NCBI GenBank assembly: GCA_951406725.2
Contig: OX597824.1
Coordinates: 62,186,001-62,250,000, forward strand
DNA from: Octopus vulgaris
Lineage: Eukaryota
Direction of reading: 5' to 3'
Length of the DNA: 64,000 bases
Shown here: in pieces, positions 37,901 to 52,807 of the stretch
Layout of the letters: every line of letters starts with the position of its first letter
How positions within the stretch are numbered: the first letter of the stretch is position 1
The notes under the pieces: model-generated
What the model saw: only the letters and a program-made list of their open reading frames with translations
The model's database searches: none
Told to the model about the DNA's origin: nothing
Translations under genes and position numbers: made by a program

Positions 37901-38393
37901 TTGACTGTTTTAAAACAAATATACAGTTAACATCGTAAAATATACACTATATCTGGACAAAGGTCAAATTGGCCTTCATCGTGATAACTTTAATCATAGC
38001 TCAGCTGGAACAGGTCTGTGTAGGTTTTCAGTATCTGGAGAAAAGTGGGAGGAGAAAGCAGCTTCCGTCAGATCATATTTTAAACGTAAACACCAATAGT
38101 TCATGATTCATGACTGCAAAGAATGTTCCGAACAAGGAAGTGACAGACGCACAATATTGACTAGCTCTGATTTTCTTGTTGTCCCCTAAAATTAAACGAG
38201 ATATTCACATCCTCTGGGCTGCTGACCTTTAAAACGGTCATGACTTTCACTTTCTGTTCCACAGAACAGTATCTAGAATAATGTGTTTACAGCCGGCACC
38301 TGTTTTTATTGGAATGTTCCACACGTATTCTTTATTTCCAAAGGTAGTACCCATTTTGTTTCTGCTTTACCAACAATATCATGCTTTGCAAGA

Positions 38394-38980
38394 AAGGCGG
38401 CAAGCTGGCTGAATTATTAGCACGTCGGGCGAAATGAGTAGCCGTATTTCGTCTGTCTTTACGTTCTGAGTTCAAATTCCGCCGAGGTCGACTTTGCCTC
38501 TCGTCCTTTCGCGGTCCATAAATTAAGTACCAGTTACACACTGGGGTCGATGTAATCGACTTAATTCGTTTGTCTGTCCTTGTTTGACGCCTCTGCGTTT
38601 AGCCCCTTGTGGGTAGTAAAGAAATAGGTATTTCGACTGCCGTTACGTTCTGAGTTCAAATTCCGCCGAGGTTGACTTTGCCTTTCATCCTTTCGGGGTT
38701 GATTAAATAAGTACCAGTTACGCACTGGGGTCGATATAATCGACTTAATCCGTTTGTCTGTCCTTGTTTGTTCCCTCTGTGTGCAGCCCCTTGTAGGCAG
38801 TAAAGAAATACGTATTTCACCTGTCTTTACTTCTGAGTTTATAGTCCACCAACGTCGACTTCGCCTTGCATCCTTTCGGGGTCGATAATTTAAATACCAG
38901 TTGCTTACTGGGGTCGATCTAATCGCTTGGCTCCCCCCCCAAAAAAAATTTCAGGCCTTGTGCCTAGAGTAGAAAAGATT
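38394..38980 (+). mobile_element. SINE-like repeat: head plus three tandem ~180 bp internal units
   Basis: Head aaggcggcaagctggctgaattattagcacg. Units starting gtatttc at ~38444, ~38628 and ~38812 carry a GAGTTCAAATTCC-like B box (degenerate in the third). Confidence 0.85.
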
Positions 38981-40308
38981 ATCATGTTTGCAGGTAGGTA
39001 GTTCCTTACGGACATTTTTGAAGGGCTCTGAATGATAGAGCTGATATGCATTGATATCACACAATCGACATATTATATCAGAATATGGAACTGTCTTTCG
39101 GTTTCAGTCTGTTTCCAATTATCGTATAGTCTCGTTTAATATACAATGCTACTATGGTTTCCTAATTATGAATTGATTTTTTTTCATTTTGCAATCACTG
39201 CAAATCAAAATGACAGTATCTAATAGAAAAAAATAAATAAAAGATGAACGCACGTAATTAAAAGTGGCACATAGAAATAATTAGTAAATTAAAACGATGT
39301 TTGTCAGTAGCACGTGACTGGGAACGTCACTGTATTAAAACAGAAACTACTTCTGATTCAAGCTTATCAAAAACTAAATTGCAAAGCCTTTCTTTAAAAT
39401 ATGGTTCTATTGTATGGAACAGGAGGCATGTTTTGATCAACGAAACTATATAATGGGTAGTTCATAAAGTGTCCATGGATATACGAAATCTTAAGTTAAA
39501 ACATACATGTGGAACTATAAAACACACGACACTTAAGGCGGACAACATGTGACTTGGAAGTCTAGGAATATTTACAGCATTAAAATGTGAGAACTTATAT
39601 TGTAACTATTTACATGCAAACTTCTAAATGTTGAGCCATTCATAAATATTTTCATCAAAGCTTAAGAAGTTTACTTTATCACAAGTTTACGCTAGAGATT
39701 AAACTAACTTACGAGTACATGGAATATGAACAAATGGAAAACAAGGCAAACAACACAAAGAACCAGCCTTCATCAGTTGTTGGCTGTTTTTCTAGTTTCG
39801 AATTTCCAGCATTCAACAAGAGTATACGCTTTCAATAAAACAGTTGCTCCCGCAAAGCAAGTTGAATTATATTTGGGATTTTGTAGAGGGTCAAATTGGT
39901 AACACAAACAGGACAGTGAAAACAAACAGGAAGGGCTGCTAAGTCTAAACGAGGTTGTGGTGGCGAACGCGTAAATCAAGATTGGACGGGAGACAGAGAA
40001 GATCATGTTTACCCTGTCCCAGCTACAACAGAGAAAAAGAAAGAAATACAAGACAGGAGAAGAAAGAAAGATGGCCCATGGCACACACAAAGCTATATCT
40101 TTATTTGAATAGAACAGAATACAGATAGAAATCTATATGTGTGTGTGTATGTGTGTGTATACATATTTAAATGTATACATATATATATGGTTTACTATCT
40201 GTAAATGTATAACTATACTCCCACACACACACACACACATACACATTTATACACACATAAATACATACATGCATATATATATATATATATATGTATATAT
40301 ATGTATGA

Positions 40309-40355
<47 letters not shown>

Positions 40356-40813
40356 CACACACACACACATCTGTGTGTATGTGTAGCTTCATGTATCTAT
40401 ACATAATTTACTCCACCAGCTCCGACTAAGAGTAGTTTTGTGAAACTTTTATAGGTCCCCTGCTACAAAAGAGAGCGGTGTAGGGAGAAATTCGTACCCC
40501 GTAGTACCCCGTAGTACAATGAATACAAAAATGTGAGACCGGCGAGAGACAGATCGTGGGTTTAAATCTAGGGCTGTGTACAATACCCCACCCAGTTAAT
40601 AGTGCAATTTTACTCCCAACGCAAAGAGCAGAATCAAATATTTCATGGCATCCATTTCGACATTCATACTGTCCAGCGATTCATTGCCCTGGGCTGGACA
40701 GGAACGTTGACCATTAAAGAATTTGTGCGGAATAGTAAAGAAGAATCAGTATCTGGCATTCTAATTAACTTTATTTCACCACTGCCAGCTCGGATCCACT
40801 GACACGCAGACAT

Positions 40814-40864
<51 letters not shown>

Positions 40865-41367
40865 TATATGCATATACACACACATATCTATTTATGTATG
40901 TATGTGCGTATATTTGAGCTGCTGTTCTCTCATACACACGCATACCACTGGATATATATATATATATATACGTGTGCATGCTTGTGTGCTTGTATGTGCA
41001 TCTGTGTGCTTGTGTGTGTCTTTCTCTCTCTCTCTCTCTCTCATTCTCTCTCCCTCTCTCACACACATTCATCCATAAATATACATGTATACGTTTATGT
41101 TCATGTACATTTATGCGTACATTATGAACAGAACAGTTTTCGAACAATGTTTCCAGTGTAAAACGTCATGGTAGATGGACAGTGTCTCGAGTGATGAATA
41201 CGAAAACCGTTTCTGATTAGCTTTTGCTCAGAGCACACTCCTGCCCGGAGAAAAGAATTTCTGTATAGCCTTAACTTAATGCACACACCTACCTGCTCGA
41301 ATCCGGTGTCCCTTCGAATGGAAAAGTGGCTTGGATGATGACCGGCCTTCAAGAACAAAGTTTTAAT

Positions 41368-41388
41368 CGTAAACCGAGGCTCCACTGT
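41368..41388 (-). mobile_element. pogo/Tigger-like terminal inverted repeat (solo end)
   Basis: Reverse complement CAGTGGAGCCTCGGTTTACG resembles Tigger/pogo TIRs and lies next to a TA-rich tract; partner TIR not seen. Confidence 0.45.
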
Positions 41389-42588
41389 GTATACGTATAT
41401 ATATAAATATATATATATATATGTGTGTTTATGTGTGTTGTGTGCGTGTGTGAGTGTGTGTGTGTATTTATATAAGCATGCATTTACACACACACACACA
41501 TATTTATTCATATATCAGTATCTATAGCACCAATGTATTTTTACTGATATAAATGTATATAACGTACAAATTTCCGTTTGATCATTCTCTATCTCAGTCG
41601 CTCTTACTCTCTCTCTTTCTCTATTTCTTTCTCTCTCTCTCCCGCTCTCACTTTCTTTCTCTCTCTCTCCCTCTCACACACACGTTGATACATATATGTG
41701 CGTATATACGTTTATGTCTATGTGTATCTATGCGTATTCATTTCTTGTAAACGTGCATAGTGCGAAATTTATACACGCAACGAATCTTCGGTTTTAGAAC
41801 GAAACAAAATAAAAATAAATGTTAATTACGTAATTACTACTGACAAGATAAATGTCTACTTATTTTTCTTTAAATCATATTTATATATCTGTGGTTCTAC
41901 AACACGACAGCATCCAGTTTTAATATTTAAATGTACGCATCTAATATGATTGACAACATTAATCTTGAAAAATTCCAATAGAGATTTTATGAGAAATTAA
42001 TATCGTTTATCCGAACATTTCCATTAACTTATTGAGCTTTAAAACGTTGATAACATTTCCATAGCGAAATACTTTAAACATTGCCGAAAGAGTAAAGCAC
42101 TTTACATATATCATACACAGTTTCACTCGGTATTAATATGTCTGCACCGACCTAATCCTTCACAACGAAGTGATTTTCTTTTTAAGAAAACTAAATGCAA
42201 ATTTGAAAGGCTCCGACAAATAAGTGATTGTTTAGGAGAATTAGTGTCGGTGATCTTATTGATTATTCACTGCAGCCATCTGAGCCTCTAATTTCCCTTG
42301 CGTTTTACTCTCATTTGTGTAATAAAATAAGGAAAAATGGTATCGACAATGCATCCTAAGTTTGAATACATATTTGTAAGTAATAGTTTCGATTACCTCG
42401 TAACTATCTGACAGCATTTACACCAACGAGTCGCAACTTTTTTGCTAGTAAAGACTCGCTATGATGATATTTTCCTTAGGACTGTGGAATTTTAAAATAT
42501 CTGTCAACTCAACAAATTTGTAACTCAGCTAGACGACAGTCAAATGTATGTATGTATGTATGTATGTATTAATGTATGTATGTATATG

Positions 42589-42660
<72 letters not shown>
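42589..42660. repeat. (TCTA)n tetranucleotide repeat
   Basis: Direct reading. Confidence 0.95.
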
Positions 42661-42725
42661 CCTACCTATTTATCTATCTCACCTTCTGTTGCATATGTAT
42701 GTATGAATATATATGTATGTATGAA

Positions 42726-42757
<32 letters not shown>

Positions 42758-42784
42758 CATATGTAACAGAGAGTGAGATATCAC

Positions 42785-43086
42785 CCTGATCAACGTGAGC
42801 GACCAGGCTATCAGATGTTGTTAAACATCGCTGGTGACAATGTGACTCGCATTGTTTTAGCCTTCAAATGACACCACACCGCTGGCTAAGCGAGCTGGCC
42901 AACAGAAGAAAAAGTGAGAGAAAGTTGTGGCGAAAGAGAACAGCAGGGATCGCCACCAATCCCTGCCGGAGCTCGTGGAGCTTTAGGTGTTTTCGCTCAA
43001 TGAACTCACAATGCCCGGTCTGGGAATCGAAACCGCGATCCTACGACCACGAATCCGCTGTCCTAACCTCAGGGCTATTGCGCCTA

Positions 43087-43087
<1 letters not shown>
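42785..43087 (-). mobile_element. tRNA-derived SINE (shared head, tail variant 1)
   Basis: Minus strand aggcgcaatagccctgaggttaggacagcggattcgtggtcgtaggatcgcggtttcgattcccagacc contains A-box- and B-box-like motifs. Confidence 0.85.
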
Positions 43088-43153
<66 letters not shown>

Positions 43154-44514
43154 CATACATACATACATGCATGCATACATACGTACCTTTATAACTGTTT
43201 ATAGCATTTTAATGTAACATTTCTTTCGGCATTAAGGCTATTACATATTATAGTTTACTAAAAAGTATCTTCGTACGTGTGACCCTAACACATTTCTTCT
43301 GCTTTTGCACGTGGTTGGATTTTGGCTAATTCCAGGCAAGATAAGCAACAAATGATTGTACCGCCTTCAATTGGTTTGAACTATTACTCAACAATATTCT
43401 TAATTCGGGAGGAGAGGGACACCTAGTCTTAGATTAAGTAATTTGTCAAAAAAGTACCAGGCCTAAATACTAATACGAATGAGAAATATTTAACTGGAAC
43501 TAATCAAACAAGCAACTACTAATGTACGTATGAACCGAACTGTCCAAAAGCTAATTCATATTACATGTTGTAGCATTCTGTTATCATTACTTCTGAGATA
43601 TACCGTGGCACTTCCATATAACACACACAGATTATATACACACACATACACACGCACTACATACATCAATTATTTATGTCGAAGCTAAATACTAACGTGT
43701 TAACAGTTTTGTTGCAATGTAATCTCACAAAGGTTTATATGTTGTAATATATATGTACAACTATAAATCTTGGCATAAGCGCAATGTTATACATCACTTC
43801 CAATAACAACATGTCTATATTTTCTTATGTATTGTCTTTTGAGTTCGAATTTTCAATATTACTTCAGTGACAGCTCGCTGAATTTAACATCTCTGGCAAT
43901 TATTCTTCCCTTACCAAGACATTCGATGTCTACTTTGTCTATTTTCCCAACAGTTAATAAATTCTGTCTTCCATGCTAAGATATGTATAAAAAACAAAAC
44001 AAAAAGTACTTCTATTGCTGTTTCAGCATTGCTACTATTGTGAAAATATTCAATGTAAATTGAACATTTGCAATAATTTAGGGCTAATGTATTGGTTTCA
44101 TATATTGTGTATCTAGCTTTAATAGTTATAAAAGTTTTCTTCAGATTATCAATAATTTATTTCATATTATATCATAGATGTTTCAAAGAAAAAGATTATG
44201 AAATATAGCGCTCTTCGTACGACAGCCATTGGGATTTTACGCATCTATTCATATAGATTTCATGCACCTATGCATGTACAATTTCCTACCGTAATGTTTA
44301 CTATTTATTTGGAAGCGATGCAAATTTGAATTTTTCTCATTCTTTGTGGAGAGTAATCTCGATTGTTTGTTTGTGGTTATTTGCATCGGAAATTATACCC
44401 GCTTTAATCCTGAACGCTATGACCTTTTTGAGGAATAGTAAACATTTAATACATAAATTTCTAAAGAATATGCTGTGTAATATTAGTAAAACTTGACTGC
44501 AGCTTTTACTATAA

Positions 44515-44840
44515 CGCAAGCCCTCCCCAACCTTCTTTGCGCCCTTTTCAAGCCTAGCCAGGTTCATGGGCCCGGTTTCCCTGTTTCTATGGCGTATGTG
44601 TTCCCACCCAGCTGGACGGGACGCCAGTCCATCGCAGCGTTACTCAAGAAACAGGAAGAAAGAGTGCGAGAAAGTTGGAGCGAAAGAGTATAACAGGGGT
44701 CACCACCACTCCTTGTCTGGAGTCTTGTGGAGCTTTAGGCGTTTTGTTCAATAACCACACACAACGCCCGGTCTGGGAATCGAAACCACGATCCTCCGAC
44801 CGCGAGTCCACTGCTCTAACCACTGGGCCATTGCGCCTCC
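44515..44840 (-). mobile_element. tRNA-derived SINE (shared head, tail variant 2)
   Basis: Minus strand ggaggcgcaaTGGCCCAGTGGttagagcagtggactcgcggtcggaggatcgtGGTTTCGATTCCcagacc; the first ~185 nt are shared with 42785-43087. Confidence 0.88.
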
Positions 44841-47237
44841 CCCTCCCCCACCTACCTACCTACTAATACTACAGTCTCTAGGGGCAGCTCACGCGACATA
44901 GGGTCATGAGTAGACAACAATCAGTTTAAAACTATTAACTTTTCGGTTGGCTGGAATTTATACATAGAACAATGCAACCTTTACATCTAGGTAATCTACG
45001 TAACAGAGATATTGTGTAATTATTTGCTTTATCGTGACGCTTTCTGTCAAAACTCACATTCACTATGCAATAAATATCTTGCGGCAAACAACAGATGCTG
45101 CAACAAGAATAATGAGAGCAATAAAATGCTGGGAATTCGGCGAACATCATTATCACCTTTACCTTCGTCTAGGCTGTTTTCCACATTCATTCAAATGTCT
45201 TCAACCTTCTAATAATTTGTTTTACGTACAGTTATCTATACTGTAGCAGGTTATACGACTGTCAGTCATAAATACTTAAAATTTGTTAGATGTTGTAGCA
45301 TTCTGTTATCATTACTTCTGAGATATACGGTGGCACTTCTATAAATACACACACACACACTACATATATCACTTTTTATTCCAATTTATCTCCAGTTCAG
45401 CTTTGGTCAAGCAGTTACAACATAGACGAGTATCATTCTAAACAGTAAGTTATTTGAGAGAGATTTTGGTTGCTACTTCTAGCAGATCATGTTTGCACTT
45501 TAGTGTGTTAGTGAAATGTAATTAGCTTTGATGTGATAGTGACTGAATTATTGTGACTTAATGGCGTTGATATTAAAGAGGACAATGCACAATGCTGCTA
45601 CAATTAACTCAGATACAGCTATCTGTTTGCTCCTTCAAATATCCGAATTTCAAATTTTACTTGTGTAAGCATTAATTATACAGGAAACCAAAAGATGAAT
45701 ACATGGCCCCAAAATACACAAACGCACTTTGAAAAAAATAATGTATGTTTTTCTTCTTAATTTGCAATCCCGTTTATAACTCCACACATTGTCTGCCGAA
45801 TATTATGTAATAACTACCTGTCATCAACATTTTAAGCGGGTATTTCTTTGAAATAAGCAAAGGGGTCAGCTCCGTGCATTTTGATTTGTTAATTACGTAA
45901 GACGTTGCATCAAATATTTATTTTTTTCTTTCACTCTTCATTGTTATGGATTGCAAATTTTGACGACAATCTCGTTCATGAGATTTCATTCTCTGATCAC
46001 ATGTATTTGTATGTGGTTTTTCACAATGATATTTGCTCTAGAGGATTTACTTTTCAGATTCTTTGTACCGAATTACACTTCCCCGAATTACACTTCTCTG
46101 TTTATTTGACAGATTTCATCAGCAATTCATATTGGGAAATATTGATTTTAATATTTACAGGCGAAAAATATATTGGAAAAGAAAATATCAAAATAAGAAT
46201 AAAAATATTTTCATTATTTCTTAGATAAAAACCATTTCAGAAAGAATTGCAGTATTTTTCTACTGTATATGTTTAAGAACCAAATATTGGGAAAGAGCTA
46301 TCACTTTCTTTAGCCAGAAAGAAAATAATTAGATTTCCAAGTAGCCACTTTTATCTGTATGCAAAAAAACTAGCCAGACGTCAACTGCAACAACATAAAG
46401 ATGTTTGTTAATGTGGAAAACCTCGACAAATACAGACGGAATAGCTTTGAAATTAAATATTTTATAGATATTGGGGAGGAAAGACTAAACATGCACAACA
46501 TGATTAAGTAGGATATACACAACTTCTATAATTAAAAAAGTATATAATAATGAAAACATCACTTGACAAATATTTCTGTGAAAAGCAGAGTAAATTTAAA
46601 CAAATATTTGATACCCACCTAACTATTTGCAATATTCTAGATGAGCAACATAGGGTCATAATTTTTAGCTGCAAATATGTTGGGGATAGAATGTTCTATC
46701 TTATTAGATAGAGACATGATAGCTGCTTACTACTCAGCTACAAACTAGATACGATTAAAATTGCATGTGATCAGCTAAGATTCACATGTCGGAAGAGACA
46801 CTTCCTTAAAGCACCGACTGAGGTACATGTTACTTTCTATTCCGTTTGCTTAAAGATTAATTCCGAAAAAATCCATTATAATGCGTGACACATTAGTCAA
46901 GTGTCTTCTACAATGACACCGGGACAACCAAAGACTGGTGAGTGAATTTGGTTTCAGATAAACGGAAAGAAGCCCGCCGATATATATTATATATATACAT
47001 GCTATTTATTAGAGATGAAAGAAACTTCATAATTAGGTACGCAGAAATTCACATCACCACTCGCCAGACAATTGTGACAATAGAGTATTATAATAAATGA
47101 TTGCTGAACTGCTACAGGAAACTCTGGATAACTGTTCATGAAGATTTTTTCTGATTTGATGAAAAGTATATTGTCCTGCCTTTGGTAATTGACTACTACG
47201 TTTTCCACTTTGTTTTGCATCTATGAACTTACTTCAA

Positions 47238-47271
<34 letters not shown>

Positions 47272-49078
47272 CATACATACACACACATTTATGAATATAT
47301 GTATATATGTGTGTATGTATGTATGTATCTATCTATATATATATATATATAAATTAAATTAGAGATAAAACCACTATTAGACAAATCAAACAGTGAAAAA
47401 CATAAACCAAAACATAGAAATAAAAATAATTAATATAATTTACAAAATATATAAAATATAAAATTTTAAATTTAAATTATTTAAATTTAAAATCATTAAT
47501 TTATATTTATATTTATATTTATAATTTTTTTATATAATTATATATAACTATCACAAAGTATTAAAAAGTTTATTATAAGATAAGTTATATATATACATAT
47601 ATGTATTTCTAATATTGCCAAAGTGTTGGAGTCAACACACATTCCATATCTTGATATTTTTTCTAAATCTATTTTGTAATTTCTGAAGGAAAGTGATGTT
47701 TTTTTCATGATGTAATCGGTTTATTCATTATCAAATAGTACATCTGAAACAGTGAAGCTCATCGCATTTGTATTCTTTCTCTATGTAAACATTCTCTGCG
47801 TTGGATCCGGAACTCACACTGTATTGTCAAACTGCATGTCGGCATGTGTATCTATAATTTCATATAAATGTACACTTATGTAAATGTGTATGTTGATTTG
47901 TTTATGTGCATATATATATAAGTATTAGGACGCATTGATGTATGCGCGTGTGTCCGTATATGAAATATAGACAGATATACCCATCTTGAACTTGACTTCG
48001 TGTCCTGATTATTTAAAACACATTGATTTAAATGAATCCTACAACTAATTAATGTGTGTGGGTTTGTGTGCACGTGCGTGTGTATTGCTGACAATTATAA
48101 GAATTTATGAACGTTTGAGAGAACGTGGAATAATTTTGGTGGAAGTGCTTTTAAATTTATAAATGTTGGCATGTAAAAATCCTGTCGGATAGAACACATT
48201 CTATCTCCTTTAGACATGGAAAGCGTTCTACCATAAGTACAAAAATAGACCTCCTATGTACATATACATCCACAAATAATAGTATGTAAATCTTGAGTTT
48301 GGAAATCAACATAAACTTCTCACTGATACGCAAAAATTTGGGAAATTCATAATGAAATTAAAAGTATTGCTTTGCAAGAACGCATGCAAAGACTACAGGA
48401 CATATGGATTCGCGTACTACGGGCAAACTTCGACATTTTGCACCCATTTGTTTTTTCAACACAATATTTACATGCCATCAATATTAGCTATGTTCTTAGA
48501 GAACCAGTTTTAAAATAAAGCGATGTGTTTGTGTGTGTGTGTTTCTTCCCTCACAACCGCTTGTCAATAGGGGTTGGTTTGCTTACGTACCCATAATGTA
48601 GCATTTCGGCACAAAAGATCAATAGAATACGCACCTGACTTAAACAAATAAATGCCGTTGTGATGTATTCGACAGTCTTTAAGGCAGCTCCCTAGCATGG
48701 CACTTGTTTCGTATAACGGCATACACAGACAAACGAGCATGATTCGAAATGGGAAAGAAAAGGATTGTATGAATCCAGGTAATATATGGCATGACTTTAT
48801 TTGGTGAATGGTGATGATAGATAATTCAAATGAATTGTGTAACGTTTCTATTAATACGATGTTTATTTGTTTCAGGTAGATTAGATTAGAGTACCCTTTT
48901 GTGTCTGGGCAGAGTACGAGGGAACAGGTGAGAAGCTAAACACAGTACCCTTTATGGTTCTTAAATCTGGCACCTCACATGTAGTTATTCGAAGTACGCG
49001 TTTGATGTCATATAGCAGCTTCATCCACACACACACACATACACGCACGCACACATACATGCATACATACATACGTAC

Positions 49079-49123
<45 letters not shown>

Positions 49124-50989
49124 CAAAGTAATTTCTATATCATAACATTTACCAAAACTGGCATCATTGTGAAGGAGAATCACACAATATCAAAGTATTG
49201 TAAAATATATACAAGAAACTATGGACACCTAAAGAAGTTAACCCCTTAGAACTAGAAATTCAATGAAGAATAACTTAGAGCAAGAGAACACATCATAACG
49301 TTTCATAATGAAGAATTACATCATACTTATAAACCTATCATCTGCTGTCTGACTGCTGTCATTATGGTTTTGATACCTGTGCACCACCATTTAATCTGAT
49401 GATATCAAAAGTGTGTAACACATACACTCTGTGCAGGAATTAATCGATAAAATGCAGGAGTGGAATATTAGCGCAATGTGTCCATTATACTTACATCTAT
49501 ATAGTATTACATGTAAAAACATCCCGTCTCAAGTATAAATAATTACTATCTATAGAGCAAACAAATTAAAAAATGAAATATAGAAAACAACGAAATATGA
49601 TCATAGAGAGTAAAAATATTAAAGAATTAAAAAAATTAAAAATCAAAGAAGACGAAAGCAAACTAGATTAATTAAAGAATATAAACTAATAGCCGTTGCT
49701 ACTTATAAACCTCCAACACATACTTAAAACACGAACACATCAATAATACTAACCAAAAGTAAGCTGGCCAAATAACATACCACTTTAGGCCTGTTTCTCA
49801 GAAGTTAATCAAATCGGTTACGACATCTCTGATCGGAACCCAATGTGGTTTGAAAATACACTAAAGTAATTCATAATGTTTTCAATGTATGGGAAAGTAA
49901 CCAAATTAACCCTGTTTATATACCTCGTCTTAAAGCAACAGATGTGCATAAACCAATGCAGACCAATATTTACTAGATGCAAACCTTAATTAGAGGAAAT
50001 AATTTAAACAAATAACTCGACGTACAAAGCATGGAATGTAAAATTGGTTAAAATACCCAAATCGTAAAGAAAATACTCGATAGCAAATATAAAACATGAA
50101 ACCTTAATTAAAATGGACGAAATGAAAGCTAACTACCAGTCATTACCCGCCTAGGATATGGGAATTAATTAATGTAGACTTATAACTATTAAATATAAAC
50201 TATAATTCTAGAAAATATGTTTAAAGAAATATTTCTAGCTAAATTCATATATTAAATCTGACATTGACTGAAACGAATCGTATTGAAATATTCATAATAT
50301 AAAGCACAGCAGAGAGGTGATAAGAAGAAATAATGAAAACAAACATTTACCGCATCATTTACTCACTGTCTCCACGAAAGTATCGTTTGTAATCTATGAG
50401 CAGATGTCGATAATAAATATTTAACGGAAAAGATAACAATGCTCAATAATATATGACAACCTACCCACAAGCTGTAAATCAATGGCATTATATTAAACAC
50501 TAATTAAAACTCATCAGTCTGCAAATCTGTACAAATTCATATTCTGTAAATTACTTCGAATTGTCTCCAAATATCTTTATGTTCCACACCCGGACGTTTA
50601 GATCATTTAATTAACATTATTCTTCTTTTCTTCTTTAATTAACAGTATGCTTCCTTTGCGTATGCATCATAAAAATTTTTGTTTTTCTTTTCCGAAAACA
50701 TACGAATCTAAGTTATAATTCTAAATTATTTGATAACTTGACTGGTAAACACATAATAACATACTCGAGGATATCTATTTAGGGAACAGAGCAAGGATGC
50801 ATGCCATACAAACGTTAATGTTATCAGTGGAATTGTAAGTAATAGTCACATAGTTTTTACTTTCATAAACCATCTTATCATCAAAATAGTTAACCTCATC
50901 CATCCAGTCTCTGTTTGTCTTCACTTCCAGATCTTCCAGATGTATTTTGCCAAACAATTATAAAAAATTATTGTAGTTTTATCTTTTAA

Positions 50990-51300
50990 CTTAACGTTGA
51001 ATCATTATACTACGTTCATACTGACGTGCCGCCTTGCAGTATTTTAAATCGAATCGACTCCAGTTCTTAATATTTTTTAAAGCATCGTATTTATTGTATC
51101 AATCAATTTTGCCGAGCCGCTGAGTTACGCGGACATATATTGTAAATATGTATATGTGTGTTTGTACGACGAGCTTCATTCAGTTTCTGTCTATCAAATC
51201 CCTTCACAAGACCTTGGTCACCCCGAGGCTATTGTAGAAGATAGTAGTGCAAAGTGTTACGCAGTGGGACTGAACCCAGGACTATATGGTTGGGAAGCAG
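50990..51300 (-). mobile_element. Degenerate SINE of the 57465-57853 family
   Basis: cgcagtgggactgaacccagg, gaggctattgtagaaga and ttcagtttctgtctatcaaatcc match the family. Smaller plus-strand pieces occur at ~46885-46980 and ~48525-48700. Confidence 0.7.
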
Positions 51301-51550
51301 GGAATGAAAACATCATCGATATATCTGTTGCAACCACTTAGTTGTTTGACTTAACCTATCTTTGTTACCTTTTGTAAAATTCATTAAGAAAACTAATTTG
51401 TCATGAATATTAATAGATATCTCCTGATACAGGGATGCAAGTACCACCCTGTCTGAATACCCTAAATTTGTTCAAATATTCTCCCCGCTAAATTAATATG
51501 AATTTTATAAACAATAAAACCAATTATCTCTGTTAATCTGGAATTGTCGA

Positions 51551-51620
<70 letters not shown>

Positions 51621-52380
51621 TAACGGTTTATTTCTCTGTAATTAGTCAAATTGATGAACACATCTCTGATCAGAACCCACTGTGGTTGGGTGTGATAAAT
51701 AATATTAGGTACAAAATCAACTTCCGTAGCTAATATCATACATAAACGGAATAACACGCGTATAGTTTTTTCTCCTCCCTTTTATCTCCCTTCCGCAATC
51801 TCTCTCTCTCTCTCTCTCTTTAATTCTCACTGCCTCATATGTTCCCAACACACACACGCACACGTACATACACACAAATACAAACACACAATCATCTGCA
51901 TTGATTATTTACTTTTGGTGGGCAATTTGTTCCATTGATGAATTCTTACCGAATTATTTTTCTCTTTACTCATGTTAACTTCAGTTTGTTCTCGAGTACA
52001 TTGTGGCTGTGACGTTATGTGTCCACGTTCACTGATCTACCGTTTTACGTAGAACGTGAGGAAATGCACTGAATTACATACGTATATGTGTGTGCAATTC
52101 TGTGTGTGTATTATGCATATCTATATGCATACAATCATATATGGATCACTCACTGCATCTAAGTATATATTTTGTGAGTACACATTATTTTAAATACCAC
52201 TAAAATATGATTAATATACATTTAATGCTGGGTTCAGTTTAGGCACATATTTCAAGAATACTGCCATGCCTTCATGCTTAGATATCTCAATATCACTCTC
52301 TCTTTCTATTCACACTCTCTGTGTCTTCCTATCTCTCTCTTTCCATATTCTCTCTCTCGCTCTTTTCCTCGTTCCTTCTA

Positions 52381-52433
<53 letters not shown>

Positions 52434-52759
52434 TTGCTTTTCTCTGTCAACATTTGCAGCAACAATATTAAAAATCTGAAACATCAAGAAATGATTCGAA
52501 ATGGAAAAATTGTAGTTTTTATGCACATATAGGTTTTTATTCTAGTAATCCCTCGTCCACCTTCTCTCTCTTTTCATCTGTCCCTTTCTCTTGTCTTTTG
52601 TTCTCACGTGACCGCTAGCCGCTGTTGAGCGCTCTTTTCGTTCCAGCAGCCGCTAGCCGAAATTGCTAAGATGATCTGGTTCTTGACTGATGACTGAGGG
52701 CTTCGAATGCCCCGTCCTGTGGTTCTTGTGTCGTCTCTGTGGCGTTTCATATACATACA

Positions 52760-52807
<48 letters not shown>

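Noticed and set aside
39720-40120. Minus-strand ctgatgaaggctgg as a hammerhead in a pLTR-like segment
   Set aside because: The GAAA box and stem III are missing at the expected position.
50775-50957. 60-aa minus-strand ORF as a host exon
   Set aside because: No clear splice signals or recognisable domain.
49795-51690. Shared ~55 bp motif (acatctctgatc.gaaccca.tgtggtt) at ~49823 and ~51660
   Set aside because: Probably two old copies of an unclassified repeat; too short and diverged to define an element.
52530-52745. Pyrimidine-rich repeat with gccgaaa and ctgatga
   Set aside because: It looks pLTR-like, but I could not assemble consistent hammerhead stems around the boxes.
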